The notes under the pieces are model-generated. The model was given only the letters and a program-made list of their open reading frames with translations, was not told the origin of the DNA and did not search any database. A DNA stretch of 63,674 bases, the filler included, from Saprolegnia diclina VS20 (Eukaryota): NCBI RefSeq assembly GCF_000281045.1. It is 6 parts of 5 records of this genome, joined end to end, with 100 filler letters (N's around TTAATTAATTAA, not from the genome) between each part and the next. Parts side by side here need not be neighbours in the genome. Positions count along the whole stretch, not along the records: positions 14,078 to 44,156 come from NW_008246228.1; 5 more parts are not named here. The stretch is one strand, 5' to 3'. Position 1 is the first letter of the stretch. Every line of letters begins with the position of its first letter. Positions 24,589 to 37,800 of this stretch are shown in pieces. The position numbers were made by a program, and so were the translations under genes.

Positions 24589-25992
24589 GGCAAAAGAGAA
24601 TCTTTCGCGCTAACACAGAGAAACGAGCCGACGTTGAACGCAATGGGCGAGAGAAACGCTGGATTACAGTCGCTGGGTGGAGCGCTCCGAGTCCCACCCT
24701 CGGGCTTTGACCAGATGGCGCAATATACCACATACGCTCGACGGCATCGCATTGAAGAACCGCTCCCATCTCTACAGCGACGTTGCCGTCGTCGTCGAGC
24801 TGCACAGCAAACGACGTGCCACGTGTTGACGGTGCGCTCGCCACACAAGTCGACGACGATCGATGTGTGGTCGAGCGAGCTGCATATTTCTCTCGCCTTC
24901 AACGCGCATGTATATACACGCGGGCGCTTGGTAGCGTCTGCAGCTCTTCTTTGCGCTCGACACGTGGAAACGAGGCGCGCAGAGTGGGCAAGAGCGATCG
25001 AAGAACGTGAGAAACCCGGGTCACGGACCACGGCCGATAAAAAGCGCCAAAAGCGCACCTTGTCTTTGACCCTGCACCGCGTATGTGCACGACCCGCCAC
25101 CAGACGCCTGGCAACGAGACGACGTCGTATCGACACTCCTCGCAAGCTGCACGACCACTTTGAACAGCAGCTCGTGTTGACGTGATACACCGCACACTGC
25201 CGACCGCGCTGGTTTTCAATCGTTTAACGCAAGAAACACGAGGTCGCAGCGCGGTAAACGCACGGTTTAACGCGTCTGCGACCTTGGTTTCGACAGCGCG
25301 AGACAGTTTGCAGCTCACGCGGCCGATCTTGTCTCTGCCTGCGTCGTACACTCGACCTTTACATCGAGTAGCTCGACCCAAGAGCATAGTGGATAGCGTC
25401 TGCTTTGCCATTCACGAGACCACAACAATACTGTACGCTTGCTACTCGCGGTAGCAAATGTGCGACGAGGTCTCGCCAATCTTCTTCGTACTAAGATCGA
25501 GGCCTTCTTTGTACGAGATCGTTGGCACCGTGCCGTGTGTGCATGGACTGGTGGTGATGGCGCGACTACACGCCCCGGCTGGACACGCCAATCTGACCAA
25601 ACCGCCGCTGTGTCGAGGCCCCTCTCAGTGCATTACGGCGCTGCATACCGTTGCGGACTCGTTCGCGGCGATGGCGATGCGGCACGTCTTGTCTATGAAT
25701 TCATTTTGGTCGAAATTTGGCCTCGGATCTTTGAACCGGAACCCACTCTATTTGCACCGCCATCGTGTCTACGCCTCAAGCCTGTCAACGTCCCCGAATG
25801 CCGCAAAGGGCCGCTTGCTACACACAATAGTGCTCTCCGTCGTCGTGAGTCACAGCCACGGAAGATCGCGCGGCCTGTTTATGGTTCAACCCGCTAGTCA
25901 GGCTGATCGGCCATCTGAGTTAGCCGCAATCTGATTGGCCACGAAACAGTCGAAGTTCGAAGGAGCGAAAAATCTTCGGCGAGCGGACAGCG

Positions 25993-28437
25993 ATGCCAAA
26001 GCCGACGACCGCCAGCAGCGTGCCATTGCCGCGCCACCAAAAGCTCCGAAGCAGCGACGATGGCCTGGACGGCGACAACGAGAAAGGCTTCGAGACCATG
26101 GCGGTGCAGTCGTCGTCATCGTCCCCCAAGCGGGCGATGCATTGCGTCCTTACGTCCCCAGGCATGCTCGTGATTGCCATGCTTGTGGCTGGCGTCCTCG
26201 TGCTCATGGCCCTAGTTTCGTTCTCGGAGGAGCCTACGGCGACGATACAAGCGCTGCCGCCGAGCGTTGCCACGCTCATGGATACGTCCGTCGCACCCTG
26301 CGATGACTTTTACCAGTATGCATGCGGCGCGTGGATCGCCAACACGACGCTACCATCGGACCGGTCGCGCTACTCGCGGTCGTTTGACAAAATTAAGGAG
26401 GCGAACGAAGCCATCTTTATGGAGATCGTCTACGACAAGTGGCCTCTTCTCTCGGAGCTCTTCACATCGTGCATGGACACGGCGACGCTGGATGTCGTCG
26501 GGGCGGCCCCGCTGGCTGCTGGCATTGCCATGCTTCGCGCGGCAACAACAAAAGCAGATCTCGTGCACGCCATGGGCGAGCTCTCGTCGCGAAGTGCGCT
26601 GTCGTTTCTGATCGACGCAGGCATCTACGCGGACGAGAAGAACTCGACGATCAACTCGCTCCATATCTCGCAAGGTAGCCGCATGCGGACGATACTGCCT
26701 ATCGATGCCCTTGAATAGGTGGTCTCACGTTGCCCGACCAAGACTACTATACCAACGCAACGCGGTTCGCAGTGTTTGAGCCTGCGCTTCGCACGTATGT
26801 GCGCGAGCTTCTGACGCACATTGACTACCCCAAAGTTCCCGAGGCCGTCGAGACCATTGTGGCGCTCGAGGTGAACCTCGCACGCGCGAGCGTGACCAAA
26901 ACCGCACTGCGCGACCCGCTTCGTACGTACAACATCGTGCGGGACATCAATGCGAGCTACCCGCTGGTGCTTGGCGCGTTCTTTGCCGGCGCCAAGCTGC
27001 CATTGACGCCGACGTCGGCCGTGATTGTAGCGACGCCGTCGTTTCTCGACTACGCAGAGAATTTGATCAAGTCGACGCCACTGGAATCACTCCAAACATT
27101 GTTTGTGTACCAGTACACGGCCAGCATGGCATCGGCTCTGTCGTCGCCGTTCCGCAACACGTCGTTTGCGCTCTATGGTCGCGCGATTGGGGGCCAGGAA
27201 CACCCACGACCGCGCCAGAAGCAGTGTCTCTCGAGCGTCAACGAGTATCTCGGCGAGCTACTGAGCCGGTAGCAACGACAAGCCGTGGATTCTCTCAACA
27301 TACCACGCTTTGTAGCTACTACTTGCAGAGGACCTTTCAGCCAGACGCGCTGGCCGCGATTCAGGCGCTCGTCGCTTCGCTTGTCGAGACGTTCCATGGG
27401 CGCCTCATGGCGGCTGCATGGATGGACGCCGAAACAAAAGCGGCGGCCATTGCCAAGCTTCGCGCCATGTCGTCGCTGTTGGGGTACGCCGTCCTGCGCT
27501 TTGACGTCACGTTGATCGCTATGTAGCTACCCGTCACAGAAGCTCATGTACACAGGGCTGGTGCTATCGCCGTCAGAGTACTTTGCCAACGTCCAGCAAC
27601 TGACGCACCTCATGCATGTTCGTGCCGTCGCCAAGCTCCATCTGCCTGTCGACAAGGACGAGTGGCTCATGCACGCGCACGAGGTCAACGCGTACTACAA
27701 CCCGCTGGCCAACCAGATTGTGTTTCCAGCGGGCATTCTCCAGCCGCCCTTCTTTGACGCGCACCAGGACCTCGTGCTCAACTATGGCGCGATTGGCATG
27801 GTCATAGGGTGAAATGCGGCGCTGGCCTCTATACGAACTTAGTCGTCGTTAGGCACGAGATCACGCACGGCTTTGACGACCAAGGGCGCAACTTTGATGC
27901 GACCGGCAACATGCAGCCGTGGTGGTCGGATGCGACCGCCCAGCGCTTTGAGGCCAAGACGTCGTGCATCGCCACGCAGTATACGTCGATGGCCGTACGC
28001 AACGAGTCGTCGGGCGAGCTCCTCGGGCACGTGAACGGCCGCTTGACGCTCGGCGAAGACATTGCCGACGTCGGCGGCCTCCGCGTCGCGTTTGACGCGT
28101 ACACGGCAGCCATGACTGCGGTACATCACCAGTCATTGGCTTCTGTTATAACCACGTGCGGATAGATCCATAGCAAGGTGCGCGAGCAGCTCTTCTTCCT
28201 CTCGTTCGCGCAGAGCTGGTGCACAAAAGCCACCGACCAAGCGCTGCAAGTACCCTCGCCACTGCAATCACAACCACGATCCATCGGAATACTGCGTAGA
28301 GCTCGCTGGACGACGTCCACCCGCCGGCCAAGCAGCGCGTGAACGGCGCCGTCATGAACAACGAGGCGTTTGCCCGTGTCTTTAACTGCCCCGCGGGCGC
28401 GCCGCTCCATCCGCGCGAGAAATGCAACGTCTGGTAA
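25993..28437 (+). CDS. M13 family zinc metallopeptidase (neprilysin/endothelin-converting enzyme-like), type II membrane protein; several introns
   Basis: TM anchor, PCDDFYQYACGAW, VNAYYNP..NQIVFPAGILQPPFF, G|HEITHGFD (HExxH), TLGEDIAD, DVHPP, KCNVW*. Confidence 0.95.
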
Positions 28438-28834
28438 ACCTTTCGTGACGACGGCGTCGGTTCGATCCCACCCACCGCCTCTGCACCTCGTGGGAATAGC
28501 TCTTGGGAATATACGTGGATTACGCCTACGATTACCTTGGCGACATCGCGAAACGCTGGCGCGCAGACACGTCGGTGCGGTTGATGATGGCGCGCGTCTC
28601 TCGCAGCAGGATACAGAGAACACCCACTTGACGAACCTTGTACTCTCGACATGTCATTGATGCAGCTTGCACCTCTTCTCAATGCATTACGCGAAGTCGA
28701 CGTCGCTCTATGTGCTGGATGCTGGGTTAGACAGGCCGCATCGATATCCGGACATATCCCGCGTATACGGATGCGCTCCGTGATTGGTGGAGGCGGGCGT
28801 CATCATCGTCATCAGCACCAAAAGCAACATCGAG

Positions 28835-29416
28835 ATGGCCATGCACTGGAGCGACGACGACGAAGGGTACGAGAACGAGCAGCCGTTCATGTGGCTCGAG
28901 GGCGACTCGCTCGCGCCGCCGTGCCAGTCGGACTATGACATTGTTCAGGCCATCATCGACTTTGCCCACGTCCAGCCCACCGACGTACGCCATTCGTATG
29001 CGAGAGAGATGTCGTGCTTATGGAGCGTATAGGTCGTCTTTGACTTGGGCTGTGGCGACGGCCGCATCTGCATTGGTGCAGCCCGGCAACACGGCTGCCG
29101 TGCAGTCGGTATTGAGATTGAGGCGCCGCTCATCGCCAAGTTTGAGCAGTCGATCACCAAGTACAACCTGCAGGACAAGGTCCGCATGTTGCACGCGGAC
29201 CTCATGGACGCCGACCTCTCCGAGGCGACCGTCATCGTAACGTACTTGCTGCCGGAAGCGCTCACATTGCTCGCGCCCAAGCTCGAAGCCGCCCTCGCCC
29301 GCGGGTGCCGCATCGTGAGCAACACGTGGGGCATTCCGGGCATGACGCCGTCGGCGCGCGTCGACGTCGGTCAGTACGCCAACGTGCCGCTGTACCTCTA
29401 CGCGTCGCAGTCGTAA
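28835..29416 (+). CDS. Class I SAM-dependent methyltransferase (FAM173/ANTKMT-like); 1 intron
   Basis: SLAPPCQS, VFDLGCGDGRI, AVGIEIE, DLSEATVIVTYLLP, RIVSNTW. Confidence 0.85.
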
Positions 29417-29483
29417 TACACTATTCTCTGTCGCGGATACAACGCACATGCTTCTTCTGTTCTTATCTAGTCTGGGTCGTGTC

Positions 29484-30983
29484 TTAGGCCGTCGATCGGT
29501 CGCTCTCGACGAGGCGCTGGGCCACGTCGCGCACGAGACGCATCGTCGCGGTAAGCTCGTCGCCGGACGCGGGCAAATACTTGTCGCAAAAGACAACCGC
29601 GTCTTCATAATGCCCGAGCGTAATCGCGGTTTCGACGACCATGCGGAAGACGGGGCGCGGCGCGTCGGCCACGTCCTGTGCCGACTTGCCGGCAAACGCG
29701 AGCTGCGCGAGCTCGTACGCCGCGTCGAGCGACCGGACTTCGAGGTGCAGCTTGAGCATCGTCTCGACCGCCTTCCACGTGAGCTCCATGTCGTGCTCGA
29801 TCGCATAGTCGATCAAGTGCGCGCACGACGAAGCGTCTTTCTGCTGCGCGTACGAGTAAAACGCCGCGCCAAAGACGAAGTCCGAGACTCGGAGGACGTT
29901 GGGGACGCTCGCCACGTGGGCCAAGAACGCATCCGCGGGCAGCGTCCGCACGAGGAAGGGCACGTATAGCGGCTTCAAGATCGAAGGGCGCATGCAGATG
30001 CCGTGCGCTTGCATGGCTTGTACGAGCGACTCGACGTCAGCGAACGACGTCTCGGGGTTTTGGAGCAGCGGCGTGAGCACCGAATCGAAGAGGGACGGGA
30101 GCGCGGTCGCCAACGACGGGTGCGCAATGTACGCAAGCGCTGCTTTGGTGGCGAGGCTGGGCGCGTGGAAGCGCACTGGCAGCAATAGCGTGGACACCAG
30201 CGTCGAGAGCGGCAAGATGAGCGACGCGTTGGCATACGCCATCAAAAGATCGGACGCGTCGTCGAAGCGTTCGAGCATCAAGCAGCTTTCAATGAGCTGC
30301 GACCAGAGCGCCGGTGGCACGAAGTAGCCGTGGTCGGTCATGAGCTTGGCCGACGCGACCGCGTGCTCGATGGATGGCGCCAGAAACCACGGATGGCGTT
30401 TGCTTTCAGGCGGCGTCGCATTGCACGCCAGCGCATTCCGGAAGTGATGCGCGTCGAGGTGCACGCGGCCGACGCAGTGCTGCAGCACGTTCAGCGCCTT
30501 CTGGCCGCGCTTGAGCATCGTGTACGCATACAGACCTTCGAGCACAACGTCCCGCCGAGCTTCGCACCACAGCTCCGCCTTGTACTCACGCTTGAGCGCG
30601 CGAAAGTACAGGGCGACTTCGTCGTAGCGGCCAAGGCGGTTGAGGGCGCCGAGCAGCGCATGGAGACCTGCGTTGTCGAGGCAGCGCTTGCGCGGGTGCA
30701 TCTCCACGTATGCCACGATCACATCCTCATAGCGCTGTGCGTGAAAGAGACGCGCCATCTCGGCCGACGCCACCGCGTCCGCGTCGCGCCAAATCTTGCA
30801 GTAGGCCTTGATCGACGGCGGCTCGACGGCCGCAAAGGCAGCAGCTTCGCCTTGCAGCTGGTGCAGCGCCGGGGCCTTGCTTGCTTGCGCGGAAAGAGAG
30901 AGTGCTCGCCTGTGCAGCGGCGCCACGGACCGCGCAAGAGGCGCCACGTGGCGCAAGGCGGAGCGAAGGACGCGCGTCTGCAT
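29484..30983 (-). CDS. Putative mitochondrial helical-repeat (PPR/TPR-like) protein, intronless
   Basis: 499-aa ORF; Arg/Ser/Ala/Leu-rich presequence-like start (MQTRVLRSALRHVAPLARS..RRALS); PPR-like motifs LHALLGALNRLGRYDEV, WSQLIESCLMLERFDDA. Confidence 0.7.
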   Translation of the reverse strand: MQTRVLRSALRHVAPLARSVAPLHRRALSLSAQASKAPALHQLQGEAAAFAAVEPPSIKAYCKIWRDADAVASAEMARLFHAQRYEDVIVAYVEMHPRKRCLDNAGLHALLGALNRLGRYDEVALYFRALKREYKAELWCEARRDVVLEGLYAYTMLKRGQKALNVLQHCVGRVHLDAHHFRNALACNATPPESKRHPWFLAPSIEHAVASAKLMTDHGYFVPPALWSQLIESCLMLERFDDASDLLMAYANASLILPLSTLVSTLLLPVRFHAPSLATKAALAYIAHPSLATALPSLFDSVLTPLLQNPETSFADVESLVQAMQAHGICMRPSILKPLYVPFLVRTLPADAFLAHVASVPNVLRVSDFVFGAAFYSYAQQKDASSCAHLIDYAIEHDMELTWKAVETMLKLHLEVRSLDAAYELAQLAFAGKSAQDVADAPRPVFRMVVETAITLGHYEDAVVFCDKYLPASGDELTATMRLVRDVAQRLVESDRSTA

Positions 30984-31396
30984 CGTTTGTCTCTCTTGAC
31001 CAGCCGCGAATCCGCCAATTTAAGGCGTGATCCGGCAATTATCCGGATAATTGGACCTCGTTTTGTCGAGATTGCCCTCTTTTTGACATATCGCTGTGGA
31101 CGCCGCACAATCGCGGAGCGTTTAAACACGTTTTAGTTCAAAAGCGCCTTTTAACGCATCTGCCACGTCAAGCCCACGCGCGCTGTGGCACCTCTTGAGA
31201 CTCGCAGGCCGCGCCCACAGTCGACAGATGCACGACATGCATCGCGCATGCTGCACGGGCAGCGACGCAGTGCGAACTGTGGCGCGAGATTGTCCTTGTC
31301 GGTTGAACGTTTGACCTGTTTGCGTCAAAGTGTTTAACCGAATGGTAGCCTCGGGACGTCACCATCCATTTTCAACATCGACGAAGCGTTTGGAAG

Positions 31397-31732
31397 ATGA
31401 GCTGGTTTGGCCGCGGCAAGAGCGCTGCGCCCGCGGAAGAGACCCACTTCGCCGAGGAGTCGTCGTCCTTCATGCACGAAGAGTCGGCGCCGACCAACTT
31501 TGCGCCCATCTCGAGCGGCACGAGCATCAACGACATCGTCATGGAGGAGCAGAGCAAGATGCTCGTCCAGCAGGCCATTGCGAGCATGACGGCCATCGCG
31601 TGGGACAAGTGCAGCGCGTCCAAGCCCGACACGCAGCTCGCGAGCTCCGAGATCTCGTGCATCCACAACGTCGTCGCGTCCTACTTGGACTCGAGCCAGT
31701 TTATCATCCGCAAGCTCAACAGCTCCCGATAA
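31397..31732 (+). CDS. Small Tim intermembrane-space chaperone (Tim8/Tim13-like)
   Basis: EEQSKMLVQQAIASMTAIAWDKC..KPDTQL..SEISCIHNVVASYLDSSQFI matches the small-Tim signature (CWDKC..KP..L...E..C..NCV.R.LD). Confidence 0.8.
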   Translation: MSWFGRGKSAAPAEETHFAEESSSFMHEESAPTNFAPISSGTSINDIVMEEQSKMLVQQAIASMTAIAWDKCSASKPDTQLASSEISCIHNVVASYLDSSQFIIRKLNSSR

Positions 31733-31850
31733 ACCATTACACCAAGCGAGAGAGAGAGCGACTAACAGACCTTGAATGGACGCTCGCGTTCTTTGCCGTC
31801 CTTTCTTACGTTGTCTTCTTGTTGTTCGATTGCGGTTTCGCAGCGGTGGC

Positions 31851-34800
31851 ATGGACGTGGGCGTGCATCGGCGGCGCCGACCGTCGCCCACGAAGCGCCT
31901 CCGCGCCAGGCTGCCACCTGTCGCGTCCAACAACCATCCATGCCTGGACGACGCTCCACCCGACGACGACGGCGACGAGGTCCAAATTACGCCCATTGTC
32001 GTGCAGCTGGAGCCGCTGCCCGTCTACCACAACCTGCTCACCTACCCGTTGCTCGTCCGTGCGCACACGCGAGCCATGCACGACGCTGGCTTTGTGCAGC
32101 GCAGTATCGAGCGGTGCGCGCGAGGCCATTACTATGCGCCCTTTCGACGCGTCTCGTAGGTGGCAAACCCGGGCGACGCGGCCAGAAGACGCAATCGTCG
32201 CGCGTGCGGCCGTGCGCGGGTCGGCGGCGACTGCGATCCAGTCCATCTGGCGCACGCACGTCGCTGTCCACGCCAAGCGCGACCGAGTAGAGGCGCTTCT
32301 GACGCTGCAGACGACACGAGCGAATTGGGTCCAGCGGCACCGCCCGTCGCTTCTGCGCCAGCTCCAGGCGCTGCACGCCAACGTCCGTCTCTGCGACCGC
32401 AAGGTCGTCGCGCCGTTTGGGCTCCTCTCGGCCTACTACGTGCTGCCTGTTTGGCTGCTGCAATGGCAACTGCACTTTCATACGGGCCGCCGCCGCGGCC
32501 AGTTTCTCCGGCGCCCCGTCCAGCTCACGCGCTTTGTCACGTTTGCCGTCGACGCGACGACGCACCTGGTCCATGTACTCTGGCGCCAACTGACACATAT
32601 CGCAGTCCTAGTCCTTCAGTGCGCACAGCGCAGCCGCTGGGCGCGCGACCGGTACGTCCTCCGAGCTGTCGCATTCGAGTGGGAGACTGGAGTGCTGTGG
32701 ATAGAGCGGCGTACCAGCGGCGCGTGCGTGCGAGGCATCAAGCCGCGACCTGTCTTCAGTGCGCCTGGCGTCAATGGGCAGCCCGCAACGAAGCGCGGCG
32801 TCGGCGACGCTATGTTGCCGCCCGTCGTGTGCAGTGCGCGTGGCGGTGCGCCGCGGCCCGTCGCTGCGCGGCCCGCTTGCTCTTCAACCGCACGAGCCGT
32901 CTCTTTATTGCTGCACTCTTTCCGGTCGTCTTGGCGTCCGCAGCACAAAAGCTCCTCCACGCCGCCGCCGCCCGTATCCAGCGAGGTAGCAATCGATCCG
33001 AACCGAATCGTTTCCTGAAGTACACTAGTGCAACGGGGCCGAGCGGCCCGGAGTGCGTTCCGACAGATCGCGCTGCAAAATGCCGTCGCGCGGTGGGCCC
33101 AAGACCCCGACCGGGGCCATTCTTTGTACGCGATGCAGTGCTACTTTGACGCAGCACTCGTCTTTGAACAATGCTTCTTGAGCGGGCACCCCGGGTCGCC
33201 GCGCTTTTACACCGAGTGGGCGACATCGCACTTTTACGTCTACGAAGCCACGGGCGACGTGTTCAACTTGGACCGCGCGATTCTTGCGTTCGAGCAGCTT
33301 ATGCCGTCCGAGACGGACGCGAATGGCTTTACGTGGTGCTGCTACTGCATGCACGTGCAAGCGCGGTTCTTCCGCCACGAGTTTGAGAAAGCACTGGCGC
33401 TCGGTGTCGACTGCCTGGAACGAGCGCCAGTGACTCTCGAGAAGGACTGGCGCGCAAGTGTGCTCTTTGTGTGCGCCATGGTAGCGCTCGAAGGAAAGGC
33501 GCTCGAGCGCTGTGCAATGTACCTCGAGACAGCCCTTGCCTTGCTACCGTTGACAACCTGCCCGGAGCTCAGTCTCCGCTTCACGTTATCCCAAGTGTAC
33601 AGCCTCCTCGCCGATGCGCGCGCCGTCGAAATTTCAACGGAAGAAGCCGAGCGAGCAAAGCTGGCAGAGAAAGCAGCACGCGAGAAGTCACCATCGACGG
33701 ATGATGCTGTTGCGACACCCGATACGCTCACGGTGGACGCCGTCGGCGTAGAGGAATCGGCTGCACCGACACCGGCAGAAGGCACGGACAACCCCCACGA
33801 CTCCAAGACTACGAAGGATGCAGCCGAAATGACAAACGTCGGTGACTCTACCGAAATGACTGAAGTCGACGACGCAGCGTCTCCGGAAGCAACCCGCCCG
33901 GCCTCTCCACAAGTGAATGGGGGCGGTGCCACGACCGCGATGAACACGACACCAGAAGGAACCAGTAGACGCTTGGAGCCCCCGATCGATGCGCCACTCG
34001 TCAATCCGTGGCCAGCCAAGGCAGCGCATGAGCTCGCAACCTGCTTTGCCATCACCGAGCTCCGCATGGGCCAAGGGTACATTTCAATCGTCTACGCGGT
34101 GACGATTCCCATGTACACGTAGCGTCTACCATGGCGTGCTCTCGGACGCCGCCGCCGAGGTGCTTCTTCATGTACGTGCGCCATCTACCTTCCGTCGCAA
34201 GCGCAAGCAAATTCTTAGGCGACGCCACCCGGCACGTTTCTCGTGTACCGGAAGAAAACGGCATCGCGCTACCTGTACGTCAAAGTCAAGTGGCCCGACG
34301 AGACGTTCACGAGCATGAAGATTCAGTTTCTTGCGGGCGCTTATAGCCACGCACAAGTGTCGGTCGCCACCGACGCCAGTCTCGTAGGCTTTCTCCAGCA
34401 GCTACCGGCAGCGGCCGGCATTGACGTGACCAAGGGACTGCGCAAGGCGGGCCCCCACCCCATTTTTGGCCCCCTCTTCTCCTCTAGCACCGAATGGGTG
34501 GCCTCCAACCAACCTTGGCTTGAGGTCGCGCACTCGTGGGACCTCCAGTCCGCCTACGTTTTGTCGGCGTTTGTGGCGGCCCGCGCCCCGAGCTACCGTC
34601 GGCACGTGGCCCTGGAGATACCGAAAGCGATTCCCAAAACCGGATGGCACCTTCCGGCCCGCAAATCGAGCTTGGTGCTGCGCGACGAGGCCGAGACCGC
34701 GGATGCATATCTCCTCTTGGCCAAGGCAGCCCGTGGCCTTCAGCGCAAGATGGACAGCCTCGTGCTCGTGCAACAAGCCGCGCATTTGGACCCGCGCCAC

Positions 34801-37800
34801 GAGTGCATTCGTCGATCGTACGTCTCGCAGATCAGTGCCGTCTTTGAGCCAGCGCTCAAGAAGCTCCAGAAACTTGACCGGTTCGTGGGCTACGCGCTAA
34901 ACTGCGATACGTATGCGGTCACATCGCGCGGCGATCCGGGCCGTGAAGTACTCCTCCTTGAGGCATTGGACCGCGAGTGGTTTGGACCGAGCGCGCCACC
35001 AACGTTCTTGCGACGCCTCTTGCGCGCCCATGTCCGCGCCTATGCCATCGGACCATTTGACGCCGTGCACTTGGAGCTCGCGATCCGGGCCGCCGACCGC
35101 CTCCACAATGCGCTGTGCCCGGCACGACCCGGTGGGTCACTGCCTCGTGTCCGCGTCTTCGGTCCGTCCGTGCCGTCGAAAAAACTCAAATCCAAATCAA
35201 ACGCCAAGATGAAACTCAAAGCATCCCAAATGACCACCGTAACAATGCCTCTTGCGCACCTGTTCGAAGTCGCCGAGGTCATCTACCGCGTGCGGCGTCT
35301 CCCTGCCGCGATCGACCATCTGCGACTCGTCGTACAGCGGCTGCGCGCACTACCCCCGAACCCAATGCATTTGCACATGATGCAGATGACCCAGATTCGA
35401 CTGGCCTTTCTTTATCAACAGATACACCGCATGGACTTGGCCATCGAAGCCATCAATCACGTTCAAGTCCTTAGCGCCAAAGTAGGTACGCGGCCGCCAC
35501 CGCTGCTGTGGCCGTCCCGCATGTCGTACCATCTCTCACCGGAAGAAGCCCAGTTTCTACGAGGCATGCTGCGAGAGCTCGCGCACGAAGACGGTGCGCA
35601 CATCGACTATGCTCCATTGCACAGCAGCCTCATTGAGCGCGTCAAGCGGTCGCTTTTGGACGAGCAGCGGCTCCGGGCGACCGCCGAGTACCGCGGCAGC
35701 CATCTCCAAAGTCTAATCGTCACAGTGGGCGAGAGCTTGCATCTGCCCATCGCGTCGATCCTACACGCCCACTTGCGCGTCGTTATCAAGTGCGAGGGGG
35801 TGGTTGCTGTGACCGAAGAGAGTCCGAGCTGGGAGAGCCTCGAGCCCAACTGGGAGCACCAGCAAGTCCGGCTTCGCGTGCGGTCGCGCCACGCCACAGC
35901 GCTGGTGCGAGTCCTGAGCCGCCACATGGGCCGCGACACCTGCCTTGGCCTCGTCGCCGTCCCGATTGAATCGCTTTTGGAAAACGGGGGCTTGCCGCCG
36001 ACGGCCATGACGCTGCGTGTACCTGCGTCCGTGACGCTCCGACGTCCGAATCTGTACCCGACGCTCGTGCTCGGGTTTCAGCTCACGACGCTTGCACCGA
36101 CGCGGACGGCCGAGGCCGACGAAGCACGCTTGTTGCCGTTCTCACTGCCCGACTTTTTGAATTTGCCGTTTGTGTGGGAGCGATTTGCGCATCGGTTTGT
36201 CTCGAATGGCGACAGCTTTCTCGCGCGGCCGTTCCTGCTGCAAGCGCTGCGCCGGCACACGCCCCCGTACTCTCTCCAGACGATCCGGTGCATGCTATCG
36301 CTTGCACGCTGCGAAATGGACTGCAAGGCGAATCCGTCGGCGCTCGAGTGGCTTCAGAAAGCACACGCAGCGCTCGTGGTGCTGCCCCAGCGCGACGGCG
36401 CCCTCGAAGACAGCGCCATTGCGCTCATGACGCAGTGTCTCTCGCCCGACTCGCTGTTCCGCAAGCAGCTTCTCACGGCACAAGAGCACCCGATCTGCCA
36501 CGAGTATGTCCGCATGCGCTACAGCGACGGCGACTACTACGTCGACAAGGCGACGGGCGAGTGTCTCACCGAGGCGCCGCTCGGGTTTGAAGCCAATCCG
36601 CCTGCAAAGCCCCGCCTACAGGTGCATACGCTCAACTTGGAGCCCATCTTGATACAGGGTTGTAGCGTATGGTGCTGTTTGCGCCGGCAATGAAGCAGCG
36701 CATCGCGGGACTTCGCCGCGAGATGCTCGCGCGCGCCGCCGCCGACCCGGATCAATGGAGCGCGATCTTTGACGAGACGCACGGACGCATGTTTTACATT
36801 AGCGCCGTCCACGCTCTCCAGACGTTCAAGCGGCCGTCAGCCTACGTCATGGTCGCGGACGAGCACACCGTGTACAGGTACATACATACAATAGTGTCCA
36901 TCATTGTGTGGCAAACCGTCCACTAGTGTCTTGCTCATCCAAGACTTGTTTCGGCTTCGCCGCCTCCGCGCCCGCGTCCGCCGTCTCTTGCGTCGCGCAA
37001 TTCGAGTGGTCTGTTGGAAGGATGAATCGTATCAAGTTGATAGACTGACACGGTAGGTGCGCATCGTCGTGTACATGGTGACGGCCGAGAAAGCACGGGC
37101 CGAGGCGAGACGCATTCGGGCCACAAAAGTGCCACTCAACTGCATCAAGGTCATGATCGAGTACGCCGAGGACCTGCGCGCGGCGGATCGCGTCTCGAGC
37201 GACCCGTTCGTGACGCTCGACATCACCACCAACGGCAACGGGCCTCGTCCTCGGTCGCGTCAGACGTCAGTGCAGCCCTCGACGCTGACGCCGATCTGGA
37301 ACGAACTCTTCCACATACCGTACGCATGGCTCCAGCACGAAGTCGACCCGCCGCGAAAGCGGCCAACCCATGCCAAGACCGCCGAAGACGAGGAAGCGGA
37401 CGACAAGGACGAGGACGATGACGATGACGCACCAGGTGACATTGACATGGACCGCGTCACGAAGGCACTTGCCATCAATTTGGTCGAAAACGACGCAAGC
37501 CTCCACGACGATATCGACGACGAACGGTCGCTCGTGCTTACCGTGTGGGACTTTGATGCCCCGGTGTATCGGACACGTGCGGCGTCGCGCGAGTTTCTCG
37601 GTCTCGCTGTCGTGCCCCTTGACGCGCTCGACCACGGAATGCCGATTTCCGCCGAGCTCACGCTCCGAGACGAAGACGGGTACCTCTCGCCGCGACCCCG
37701 GGGCACGCTCAACATGACAGTGCAGTGGATTGCATACTGCTTTCCACGCTCGCTTCGGTCTGTGATGCTGGCGACGTGGGCCATCGCGCGCCTTTCCCGC

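Noticed and set aside
24555..25190. N-terminal 210 aa of the 474-aa Myb ORF
   Set aside because: Low-complexity Arg/Cys-rich read-through; the INR/FPR at 24574-24588 supports a start at 24554.
31330..33018. 562-aa ORF overlapping the small Tim gene
   Set aside because: Only its middle is a real exon of the IQ protein; the rest is off-frame read-through in GC-rich DNA.
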